Origin: Neophaeotheca triangularis
Lineage: Eukaryota
DNA: 30,223 nucleotides
NCBI GenBank assembly: GCA_054600435.1
Contig: BAAIJX010000069.1
Coordinates: forward strand, 62,001 to 92,223
Direction of reading: 5' to 3'
In this document: positions 1-10,521 of the stretch, in pieces
Position numbering within the stretch: the first letter of the stretch is position 1
Layout of the letters: the number at the start of each line of letters is the position of its first letter
The notes under the pieces: generated by a model
What the model was told of the DNA's origin: nothing
Seen by the model: only the letters and a program-made list of their open reading frames with translations
Database searches by the model: none
Translations under genes and position numbers: made by a program

Positions 1-276
1 ATCTTCTTCGTTTACCTCTATCAAGCCTGGAAATACAAGGTCGATTACACGCGCGTGAATGAGTTCGGGCAAGGAGGTGATGACGAGGAAGTTGAGGAGA
101 AGTTGATGTCCAGGCCGTTGAAGGCAGTGGCTGGCGGGGATGGGAGTGTCAAGGAGGGGAGAGAGATTAAGGAGCCCGAAGTTAGTGTCAATGTTCGAGT
201 GAATAAGGGGGCTGGGGGAGGTGGGAGTGGGAGTGGGAGTGGGAGGGATAAGGGGCCAGGTAGGAAGAGGAAGTAA
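1..276 (+). CDS. CLPTM1: 3' end (partial) of CLPTM1-family multi-pass membrane protein (putative lipid scramblase)
   Basis: Frame 1 from base 1 reads IFFVYLYQAWKYKVDYTRVNEFGQGG..., matching the conserved C-terminal IFFIYLYQRWIYxVDxxRVNEFG signature of CLPTM1 proteins; stop TAA at 274-276. Gene starts before the window. Confidence 0.85.
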   Translation: MFFVYLYQAWKYKVDYTRVNEFGQGGDDEEVEEKLMSRPLKAVAGGDGSVKEGREIKEPEVSVNVRVNKGAGGGGSGSGSGRDKGPGRKRK

Positions 277-622
277 GTTGGCGTGCTTGATTTGCGGGCC
301 TTTTCTGTGATGTCGCGAGCCTCAAAGGTTGTTGGAAGCAGAAGTACGGCGCGAATGATACTACTGTAGAGGTATCTGTTCTTCTACCGTCCGTGTGGAG
401 TGTGCCACGGCTGTAGAGTCCAGACTTGTCATTGATATAGACTACCTTCGATATCTCTCCATACCTTGTAAGAACCAGAGCGGCAGTGCTTGACTGTCAA
501 AAAAAAGGCAAGATTTTCACGTGGTGTCCTACCCTTTATCATCAGTCTTCATTGTTCGCTGCTATCTAGGTATACTGTTAGGGTTCCAAGTGATGTAGCG
601 GCGTACACGGTTTGTCGAATTG

Positions 623-660
623 ATCATCATCATCATCATCATCGTCATCAGGCTCATCAT
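623..660. repeat. (CAT)n microsatellite
   Basis: atcatcatcatcatcatcatc run with interruptions, read directly. Confidence 0.85.
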
Positions 661-924
661 CAGCCTCGCGCTCGTCTATTATTAAAGAAGCAAGGTTTAA
701 GAATGATTATATCAATTACTGCCGCGAACCCGAAGACGTGTGGGGGAGAGGGGGCTTTGTTAACGATGGGTGGGGATGCTTACAAAGAGAGTACTGTACC
801 TACGAGCCACGAGGCATGGGAGGTAGAAGAAGAGAGAGGGAGAGAGATGGGGCGAGAGGCGAGGGTGGCGATGATGGAATGCATTTGAGTGGAGGTGAGG
901 TTTATAGGGATCTTGTGTCGTCTT

Positions 925-995
925 GGTAGTCGTAGTCGTCGTCGCCGCTGTCGTCGTCGTCGTCAACTTTGGCTTTGGCTTTGGCTTTGGCTTTG
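925..995. repeat. Compound microsatellite (GTC)n followed by (TTTGGC)n
   Basis: gtcgtcgtc... then tttggc x4, read directly. Confidence 0.85.
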
Positions 996-1867
996 TCTTT
1001 TTGGTGATGGAGCGGTGCGTGGCCTTGGCGGGTTGGTTGTTCGCTGTGGCGGCAAGGGTGACGGTGACGTTGGTGCCGCGAGGATTAACGGGTGAAATCA
1101 GAGTTGGGTAGTCTGGCCCGTGGATCCGGTCGGTCGTGTCCAGAAGAATGGAGATGTTGGAATCATCAAGAATATTAATGATCCGGATCTTGTCTATCTT
1201 GTGGGACAGTAGTAACGTTAAGTGGGACGAGCTGCCTGAGTACAGTATTACTACTACTGTAGACTAGTTACTGATTCCAACATGATGGATGTATGAGGTA
1301 CCGGGTACTAGTAGTACATACCTATAAGTTAGGTGCAGCCTAAGTTACGGCGTGGAGATGGGGCTTGGCAGGGCATGATTTGCGTAATCTTCATTAAGGT
1401 ATCCATTATTATAATTACCAGGTATTCATTATTATAAGTATCTTCACGACAAGATAGTCACCGTAATCTGCCAAACAAAGAAATAGATAATAACAATTAC
1501 AAAAAGATGAGAATAATTGGAAGATGGAAGGGCGGAAGAGTCGGCCGGGATTGCGTCGTCGTCTTCCATTATAATCGCCCGACGCCGCGTCATAGCTTCG
1601 AGATTCTGCTAAAGGCTGCCCAGGTGTTTGCGCGTAACATGATGGAAGGCCAGGACAGGAACAAGCGGACCCGACCGTAAGATGCAGATGATAACGTTAA
1701 CTTATCCATCTTTCCCGATCCCTTCTCATTCTTCACTCTTGACTCCTCAACGACATCTCTCTCATCATTCTCTCACTACCTCCCTCACCTTACAGTACTC
1801 GTCCCTCTGGTCTGCTACCCTCTAACTTATTCTAGCTAGCTACCTCTTCCCCTTTCTACTTCTCCTC

Positions 1868-1899
1868 CCTCCTCCTCCTCCTCCTCCTCCTCCTCCTCC
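1868..1899. repeat. (CCT)n microsatellite in pyrimidine-rich promoter/5'UTR of the aspartic protease
   Basis: About 10 CCT units inside a CT-rich tract preceding the ATG at 2008. Confidence 0.85.
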
Positions 1900-2007
1900 A
1901 GACCAACCTCCATCCCCGACCTCATCTGAAACGTCCACCCTACCGCCTCCATTCGCTCCACAGTTGTCTCTCCTTTCTCACCTGCCTTTCGGCGCATATC
2001 TTTCGCA

Positions 2008-3471
2008 ATGTTAGGGACCACCGCATACCTTCTCACCCTACTCACCGCAACAACATCCGCCATAACCCTTCAAAAACGAACCGACGGCCCACCCCGAGTA
2101 GTCGAGCGAAACATACAACGCAAAAATGTCCCAGACCCGATAGCGCGTGATCAGCGAAGATGGAACAGACGGAATTGGAAGAGACAGGACGACGACAGTA
2201 CGGTGCGCGTCGAGCTCGACAACGAAGTCACTCTGTATTTCATGGAAATGGAAATCGGCACGCCACCCCAACGCATGCGACTACATCTTGACACTGGCAG
2301 TAGTGATCTCTGGGTCAATGTCGACGACAGCGAGCTCTGTGGCAACGAATACCGTGAACTCTGTCAAGAAGCCGGAACTTTTAACCCAGACCGCAGCTCT
2401 ACCTATGAAGTCGTCGAGCCCGATGGCTTTAACATCACATACGTCGACGGCAGCAGCGCCAGTGGGCCATACGTTCGCGATACCGTGCGCTTCGGCGACG
2501 ACGTCAGTCTCACCAACCAACAATTCGGCATTGGCGAAGTCTCATCCTCTCCAGAAGGCATTCTGGGCATTGGTTACCCGCTCAACGAAGTCGCCGTGGC
2601 CTACAACAATGACGAGCCCTACGACAACATCCCCGTCAGCCTTGTCGAGCAAGGCTACATCAACACCAACGCCTACTCCCTCTGGCTCAACGATCTCCAA
2701 GCCAGCACCGGCAGCATCCTCTTCGGCGGCGTCAACAGCGCCAAATACACCGGCGACCTTCTCTCCGTCCCCATCGTCTCCGAATACGGCTACTACGCCG
2801 AATTCATCATCGCCCTAACCTCACTCGGCTACAATGGCGACAGCGGCTCCATCAGCTCCGACCTCGAACTCGGCGTCCTCCTCGACTCCGGCAGTAGCTT
2901 AATGTACCTCCCCAACCGTCTAACCCAAGCAATCTACGATTTGACAGACGCCACCTTCAGCGAAGAGCAAAACGCCGCCTTTGTCGACTGCTCCCTCGCC
3001 GACTCGGACGCAACCATTGACTTCACCTTCTCCCAACCCACCATCCGCGTCTCCATGGCCGAACTTGTCATCGTCGCCGGCCTCGACCGTCAACGCAACC
3101 CTCTCTGCATCCTCGGCATCATGCCGGCAGGCCAAAGCACCCCGGTGCTCGGCGACACTTTCCTCCGCTCCGCTTACGTCGTTTACGATCTCGAGGGAAA
3201 CACAATCTCCCTCGCCCAAACGGATTTCAACGCCACAGACCTCTCGGATACCCGGGAAATCACGAGCAGTGGTGGAATCCCCGGTGCCAGTACCGTGACG
3301 GCTGCGGTCACGGATGTAGCTGTCGAGACTGGTGGCGCCCGCATCGATGACCCGGATGTTATTGACGGGGATGCGATTACCAGTTCTGATTTTGCGGCTG
3401 CGACAAAAGCTCCCGAGTGGGGCATGGCGGCTGCTGCTGGTGTTGGAGCGGGGCTTTTGTGGGCGCTGTAG
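2008..3471 (+). CDS. opsB: Secreted, probably GPI-anchored aspartic endopeptidase (pepsin family A1, yapsin/OpsB-like), 487 aa, intronless
   Basis: Signal peptide MLGTTAYLLTLLTATTSA, propeptide ending in KR, two catalytic motifs LHLDTGSSDLWV and VLLDSGSS, flap ITYVDGS, VLGDTFLRSAYVVYDL, Ser/Thr spacer and hydrophobic C-terminus (AAAAGVGAGLLWAL). Confidence 0.95.
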   Translation: MLGTTAYLLTLLTATTSAITLQKRTDGPPRVVERNIQRKNVPDPIARDQRRWNRRNWKRQDDDSTVRVELDNEVTLYFMEMEIGTPPQRMRLHLDTGSSDLWVNVDDSELCGNEYRELCQEAGTFNPDRSSTYEVVEPDGFNITYVDGSSASGPYVRDTVRFGDDVSLTNQQFGIGEVSSSPEGILGIGYPLNEVAVAYNNDEPYDNIPVSLVEQGYINTNAYSLWLNDLQASTGSILFGGVNSAKYTGDLLSVPIVSEYGYYAEFIIALTSLGYNGDSGSISSDLELGVLLDSGSSLMYLPNRLTQAIYDLTDATFSEEQNAAFVDCSLADSDATIDFTFSQPTIRVSMAELVIVAGLDRQRNPLCILGIMPAGQSTPVLGDTFLRSAYVVYDLEGNTISLAQTDFNATDLSDTREITSSGGIPGASTVTAAVTDVAVETGGARIDDPDVIDGDAITSSDFAAATKAPEWGMAAAAGVGAGLLWAL

Positions 3472-3852
3472 GAGCGAGGTTCCGTTCTGTATTTCTGCTC
3501 GTTCATATAGGGCTGGACTGGGACTCGGATGGCATGCCTGTTACGTCGCGACGCTTGGGATGAATGGGTCTTGCATTGCATTGCATAGCGCGGGGCGTTT
3601 GTGTTTCTTCCTCTTGGGTTGGAGTCATCCCCTTGCTTGCTTGCTGCTTTTATTTGGGTCCACTGTACCATATCTGTACAGCACAAGGCCGGGGGCGTTT
3701 ATCAAGCGGCCTTTGTTCTTTTTACTTTTCCTTCCGTCTTCTTCCATCTCGAACACCGCAGCGGCATCTCATCCGCTCAACTGCATCTTGGGGTTCGCCG
3801 CTCGGGGCTTAGGGCTCTCTAGTAACCTCATTCCAGAGAAGTGCGTTCTCCC

Positions 3853-4444
3853 TGTCTCTCTGTGTCTCTGGCTGTCTGTCTGTCTCTCTGTCTATCTGTC
3901 CGTTGCCTAGGGCTAGCTCTCTCTGAATCGGGAAAGAAAATACAATAGAAGGGGGAGCTGGAATTATACTTTTTTTTTTCCCCGGTCACTACTCACTTTT
4001 TGGGGAGCGGGGAATGTGGTTGTTTTTTTTTTCCCTGGCTTTTTGTTTTGGGACTTTTGGAGAGGAGAGGAGAGGAGAAGAGAGGATGGAGAGGATGGAT
4101 GGATGGATTTTGATGATGATGATGATGATGATGATGTTAATCAAAGCGCTGTTCTTGGGTTTTGTTTAGTAGAGACGATAAAGAGAATGGGCGGATTGAA
4201 TTGATGATGATGATAACGATAATGATGATGATGGTTTGAAAAGCGGTATCCCTGGCTTTTGTTAAGTAGAGGGGATGGAATAGTTAGATGGAGTTGGAAG
4301 ATATTATTATTAGGGGATAAAGGCGGCCGTCGTGGGCTTCTTGGTCGGATTTTTTTTCTCTTTTCTCTTTTCGGTTTACTCTTTCTTGCTCTTCCTTTTT
4401 TTTTTTCTTGCTGTTGTATTGTTGTTGTTGTTGTTATTGTTGTT
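3853..4444. repeat. Low-complexity intergenic tract: (TGTC)n, poly-T runs, (GGAGA)n, (GAT)n at 4111-4136 and ~4203-4232, (GTT)n at ~4412-4444
   Basis: Simple repeats read directly; the short ORFs here are by-products of them. Confidence 0.8.
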
Positions 4445-4776
4445 AGTTTTTTATTCGCATAGGTGTAGTGAGTGTTGTTTATTGGACTACCTAGGTGTTA
4501 TTAGTGTGGACTTACTGGCCTGGTCACATGCCGATCTTTCTCAAACTCGGACCCTCTATTGACTAACGTACATACAACCTCCTTTCAAGCATCACCCTAC
4601 GGCTCATAGAAAGTTGAAAATGGATCGGGAAAAATGTCCTTGTAGCTTGATTCGCCATCGCTAAGTAGAGCAAAGTGACTTGATCGGTTCATGCTGAGTT
4701 TTAATGCGCAGCCTTTAAAAGTCTCAGTAACTAAAGGAAAGTCGGAAAAAATTCTTGATAGACTCGGGACACGGCA

Positions 4777-5555
4777 CTACACCAGTGAACTATCAACAAC
4801 ACAAGTCTCCTCAACCCTCTCGCAACCCCTCGGACACGGCGCCAAAGGATCAAACTGCCAGCTAAACAGCGGACCCGTCTCATTCGCCAAAACCTGCCCA
4901 ACGAGCCTTGTCCGCAACGGTAAATCAAAAGCCTTCGCAAACACCTCAATCGATGGGATACGAATTTGACCCCAGCCCTTGCGGATCAGCTCTTCTATGC
5001 TGGTGCCGTACACATACTCTTTGAAACCGGCCCAGCGGATTGCGGAAGCGCACATTGGACAGCTTTCGGCGTTGGTGTAGAGCGTGAGGTCTGCAAAAGC
5101 GGCGAGGGCTTCGGTGGCGCTGAGGTTGTAGGGGCCTGAAGGATCTGTGAGGACCGCCGAGCAGTTTTGGATGGCTGCGATCTCGCCTGTGGAAACGTTA
5201 GCGGAGCTTTCACAGTGGTAAGCTGGCGGACACTCGGGCTTCGTCACTTACCGTGTTGCGTCGGGTCTCCGTCGACGCGGTTGCTGTTTTCGCCTATGCA
5301 TACTAGCTCACCCAGGCCATTGCCGGTATGGTTGACTATTGCTGTGCCGAATGGGGCGAAAGGACATGGTGTTGATAGAGCGCCGTTGGCCTGCCGCATC
5401 CAGTGGGCTCTTGTGCTGAAGTTGACGCCGTTGATGGACAGCTTTTCTTCTGCGATTGGCTCTTGGAGTGGCAAATGATGGGATCCGTGATGGTAGGCAT
5501 TGGCAGTGGCATATGCGAGACTGAGCAACTGCAAGGTCCTTGAGTGCAGCTTCAT
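4777..5555 (-). CDS. Secreted cytidine/guanine-deaminase-like Zn enzyme (CDA/TadA fold); exons 5555-5252 and 5186-4777
   Basis: Joining across a 65-nt intron (GTAAGT donor at 5251, CTAAC branch, CAG acceptor at 5187) yields GDPTQHGEIAAI (HxE); later TLYTNAESCPMCASAIRWAG (CxxC) and PFG...IVNHT. N-terminal signal peptide MKLHSRTLQLLSLAYATANA. Confidence 0.9.
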
Positions 5556-6073
5556 GCTGGCGGTGACTTTATGGTCGGTCTTCAGCGGCAGGTGAAGCTT
5601 TTGCCTATTTCATGGAGGATTCCGTCGAGTTCAACGAGACGCAACGTAGTGCCTTATTTTTCCTCCAAAGGGGAGAGTTGCGTGGTTTTGAGGTGTTCAT
5701 CTCGTGGTATATATACCTAGCGGGGAAGCTCGCTCCACATCTCCTCTCTTTCGAGATAAGTGACTGTCAATAGGAGAGATAAGACAACGTTCAACCCGCC
5801 CGCCGTATGATCGAGATGAGAGAAGAAACTACAAGGTAGCGCGAGAGCGTAAAATGCGACAATCGCGTAACATTTTGGGAACTCAAAGATGCTGCACGCT
5901 GGTATGGTTCGAATCCGCAACGAGACATCGACAATTCAACTGTTCGGAAAACGTCCAGCAGCAAGTACTTACCATGTAGAAACATTACCAACGTCCTGCC
6001 ATTTCGTGTGCTAGATCCGGATACTGACCATTTAGACTTTGGAACAATTACGCCCGTTAACGACACAAAGCTT

Positions 6074-7166
6074 TCAACTCCCATCAAGCTCTAACAACCC
6101 AAACGTCTCACCCAGAATATTCGCATCCTGCTTAACGTTCCCATCACCCCTGCCCACCTTAATCAACCCGTTCGCCAATTCAGCCAGAATAGGCTCGAGA
6201 TTTGCGCCGAGAGCAATGGTGTTCAGAGCCTCAGCCAAGTCAGTCCTCTCACTGCACCCACCTCCATTGCCCGCCGTGCCCGCAAACAATTAAGCTGGTG
6301 TTGTTGAGTTGGCTTCTGGTTTGATATTTTGGATGCCACCATTTCCTGCCTCGACTTCGGCATCCATGTACTCCAAAGCAGGGGCAGTTCAGGGGGTTGA
6401 TGCGTGGACTTATTTCTCAACTGCACAAGTCGTCTTGCCAAATTCTACAGCGTCACGACCGCTTTGCGGGATGGTGATCTCGATGAAAGGACCCAGCCTG
6501 TCTTGGTAGGAGCTCGGGTACGTCAAGCCTGCGATTGCCTACGAGAGGAACCCAGAGAATACTATGCCGTCGATGTACCAAACTGTGCCAGTGAGGTTTG
6601 CAGGCGTCCCGCCGGCAACGCAGTCCTTCATTTGTAGCTCGGGTGCGTACGTCGGCTGAAGTCCTGCTGCCTAGCCTGAAGCGCTAGCCTCGCCAGAGTA
6701 ACCGAAGCCTGCCACGTCAGGAGTGTTGCTAGAGAAGCCGAGTGTGTTCTTGAAGTTGCCGGTAGCGCGGATGCTGTCAATGGAGATCGTTCCAGAGAGA
6801 CGACCTGCGGAGAATACTGCATCGGGACCTTCGTAGTCGGCGGCGGAAACGATGTACCCTGATTTGACAAAGCCCTTCAAAATGACAAAGTCAGCGGAAG
6901 AGACCAAGGTAGGAGGAAATCTGTTGATGGCATGAGCTTTGCGCCCTGTTTCGAGTATATTGACAATGGTCGTGGTAAGACTTACAATGGAGCGTTTACG
7001 AAGCATGACCCCTGGCTCTCCATTTTCAAAACCCGCAGGTGAAAGGCTGGGTCTACGACTGGTGGCCGTGGAGCTGCATTGACGCCGGGAAGAAGTTGCA
7101 AAATTGAGCCGAAAAGATGGCTAGGAAAGCAACGAAGGAGCCGATTATCGTTTTCGGTCCCGCCAT
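6074..7166 (-). pseudogene. Secretory lipase (LIP family) pseudogene
   Basis: Fragments in several frames: signal-like [115 protein letters not shown], C-terminal GCSERTDLAEALNTIALGANLEPIL. In-frame stops at 6671-6673, 6539-6541, 6410-6412, frameshifts and apparent internal deletions; GYSGG changed to GYSGE. Confidence 0.85.
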
Positions 7167-8197
7167 ATTCTAAGAGGTACCTGTGAGAGTTGACGGTAAA
7201 ACATCCAGCAGATCGGGAAGACTATTGATATTGAAAGCTGCTTCGTGGACGTGGTGTGACAGCCGCGGCGGTCCTTGGTCCCCATTGTTCTTCATCCTCG
7301 GACGGTACGGAATTATTAATGTTTTCCGATGATAGTGGGTATGCTTTGCAATTCAAGTTGCCTTTTCAATGCAGCAACAAAAGCATCACATCGTTATAGT
7401 GTGAAAACCACAACCACCTTCGGCTAAGGACATCGAACCTTGCCGAATCGCTCTTAGAGCTGAGGAAGCATCAATGGAAGCACACATCCACGTCGAGCTT
7501 CACCCGGGAGGTGCGTGAAGATTATGACAGCCTCGCGCCGGAAGAATATAGGCCAGCTATTGCTGCGTACTGTACGTAGGATGTATGTAGTACCCCTAGT
7601 AGCCGTGTCAGCTTGTTGCAAGGAGCCAAGTCAAGAATGTACAAATAAATCTATGCTCAAGCGACCAACACATGCGAACTGGTCAGGTTCCGACCTCACG
7701 TTGTAGAGTTTGTCCACGCAGAACGTAAACAGCCAACCTTTTGTCTCCAAAAGTGATAGAAGATGTGACAAGCTTTCGGCCCATGTCGATCCCATCTCAA
7801 GATCTTCAAGATGGCAGCCCGGCACTTGCCGGTAGAGACCTCGAAGCTCAAAGGACTTTGAACGTGTCACAAGAATTTGATTAGCCATGCATGCTTTCTG
7901 CTAAGGAGAAAGGTAGGATAGGGAGGATAGCGATGTGCCAAAAAAAAAAAAAACACCCCGAGGGCCAATTTATGCCAAGGAATCCATTCAACGTGCCGTT
8001 GTGTGCGTTACTTTCCCAGCACCAATGAGCAAAAATGATCCAGCGACAATGCACTTGGTCAAGTGCAGTTGCCCGAGCAGCCCTGTCTCCCCGCTTCCTT
8101 TGCTCATTTTGACAAGGAGCACCTGGAAGACCAGGTCTGCCTAACGACAAGACCGATAGCCGTCCAATGCTCGAACGCCTGCAAAGCTGATGAAAGC

Positions 8198-9146
8198 TCA
8201 GCCCAAGAGCGAGCCCAAACCACCTCCCATACCCGTCGATGGGGCCTCGTCGCCTGCAGCTTCGTCGTCGCCGCCGCCACCCATGAGAGAACCAAACCCG
8301 CCGCTGCCCAAGCTTGGAGCACCGCCCCCCATCAAACCACCCAAGCCCGACTCCTCGCCGGCAGCCTCACCAGAGTCCCCAGAAGTGCCACCGGCGGCGC
8401 TGCCGCCTTTGACGTGCTGCGCGATGAATGCCGCACCCTTCTTCGTGTCGCCGTTGGCGTTGTAAGTCATGTGGCCGGGCGAGATGGCGAAGCCGCCAGT
8501 GACGCACACGCCGTCGCTGGAATTGCAGAACTTCTTGTTGGGCGTGCCGCGGATGGCGCTACGCTGCTTGGGGTCGCCGTAGAGGACGGCTGCTGAGACA
8601 TCGTTGCCGACGGTCTTGAGCGCTTGGTGGACCACCATTGCGCCTGTGTCGTTGTTAGCAAGTTGTAGTCGCTTTTCATAGCGTGTAGATGTAGGTATAT
8701 ACCTTGAGAGTAGCCTCCGACAGCGATCTTGGTGTTGGGGCATTTGGTCTTGGCCATCTTGACCAATTCGGCCATTTTCTTACCACCGGGCGCGCCCTGC
8801 GACACGTTCGACGTCATGGTCGCCGTGTAGTCGACGCCTTGGATGGCGACGTCTCCCAACTGGGATTTCAAAGCGCTGGCCACGTGCGGTCCCACGGCGG
8901 AGCCCATGTTTCCGGGCCTTGCAAAGGATATTAGCAGACGGCACACGCATGAGAGCCCAGTCTTTTTGAAGCAACTCACTCCGTGCTGCCACGAGCAAAG
9001 ATGAACGTGACCGCAGCGCACTTGCCCGACTTGAGGTCGTTGGAGGTGCTTCCGCCGCCGAGACCGAACTGCCGCTTCTCGACCGGGGCTGCGATGGCGG
9101 TAGACGCTGCGGCCAAGATGCAGGACAAAGTTGCAGAAATCTTCAT
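8198..9146 (-). CDS. Cutinase (CE5) with Gly/Ser/acidic C-terminal tail; exons 9146-8980, 8917-8703, 8643-8198
   Basis: Signal peptide MKISATLSCILAAASTAIA, APVEKR, CAAVTFIFARGSTE|PGNMG, CPNTKIAVGGYSQ|GA (nucleophile GYSQG), AVLYGDP, FCNSSDGVC (catalytic Asp), PGHMTY (His). Both introns are GT...CTAAT/CTAAC...AG and restore frame. Confidence 0.93.
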
Positions 9147-10521
9147 TTTGACTCAAAGATGGCTTTTTCGCAGTCTATTGTAAACTGAATGTGGAGTGAA
9201 TGTAGATGAATAATTGGCACCGGGCCTCGATAGAAAAGAAAGTAAACGAGTGTGTTGAACGAAAAAGGAACTGTCGAGAACTGCTGCTGTTGGACCAACC
9301 TTTTGCAAGTGCGATGATGTTCGCTCATATACCTACCTGCCAGACCGCTCGGTGAGGCTATGGCCGCCAGACGTCGTCAGTCCTGCCTACAATCTCCGAT
9401 GCTGTCATCCTTGACAGCCGTCCGAGGGAAATGCCTCACTACAGGTCGAAGTAGATGAGGCGTGCGTCTCAGTCGAAAAGATGCCGAATCAAACGGCGAT
9501 TGACACATAGACCGGTGATTTCGTGTTGCAGCTGGGCGTGTCCGTGGGGAGGATGCTACACAAGCATCATTGCCACTGCGGCAGAGACGACAGGAGCTTG
9601 GTGCGATTTCTGGGAATTGCTTGTCAAAGCGCCCCAGCAAGAAGACCTCTCGAAGGAGCGACGGAAGCCATTGCAACACTGTTGAAGCGTCGACGGTGTC
9701 TGGAGCAGGACGTGAAACGTGGCGTGAAACGGGATTGAAAGGAACGGAAGAGATGGTGGGGAGTTTTCATATGTCCTCGGATCACGGCACGTCTTGATGG
9801 TGGCAGTGCTCATTGCAAGATTGATGATGAGACGGTCTTCTTCGGCTGTGCGCAGCTCCGGTAGTGACACCGTGAGGTGCAGGTGGTGTTCAAGTCATGG
9901 TAATGGAAAGGAGGAAAGGAGGAAAGTCAAGAAACGCGTCAAGCGGAAGATGAGACCGTGCTTGGCGTCCCTCGACTAGTGTATCCAGCTTCACCACCCT
10001 ATCACATCGCTCACTCCGACCTCAGAATGCAACGAGGAGGCTTGTAGTCCAAGACAAGACTTATTAAGGACGAACTGCATATTTAGCAGCTTAACTGTTT
10101 CCTTGTTTCCTATCGTACAGATTTAAAAATAAGATCCTCGTGCAACCTGGTCAGTCCCATGCAGGTCGCTCTTTTGAACATACACGTTTTCGTAACCCAT
10201 ATTCCTAAACCCTACCTGCACTTGGACATTCTTCTAAAGGAGAATTGCGCACCCGACATCCTTCAAAGTCCGCTCTTCCAGAGTTGTTAACAAAGAGCGA
10301 GGCAGCCACATCGCTCTTGACTGTCCCTCATCCAGCCCTGTTGACATGCTGATAGAACCATTGACCTCCTCAATAAGACTCCAGAACGCGTTCTACGAGT
10401 CTTGCCTATCCTGAACTTGCCGTTGTGCAGACATATTGTCAATCGGCGAGCTTGCCGATGTGCTTACTTCCACTGTTTCCGTGGACATGGGCAGAGGTGG
10501 CAATATGTAATACGATGACCA

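Noticed and set aside
490..1263. Several ORFs with poly-His, poly-Thr, poly-Val or KPKPKP runs, and a 34-aa minus-strand ORF at 884-780
   Set aside because: Explained by (CAT)n, (GTC)n and (TTTGGC)n microsatellites; no recognisable domain or convincing start/splice structure.
3183..4562. ORFs downstream of or overlapping the protease
   Set aside because: Shadow frames and low-complexity 3' UTR/intergenic sequence.
7515..8150. Short ORFs between the lipase relic and cutinase
   Set aside because: No motif recognised; overlapping on both strands; likely non-coding.
9377..9979. Cluster of 60-104 aa ORFs upstream of the cutinase
   Set aside because: No family signal; more plausibly promoter/intergenic DNA.
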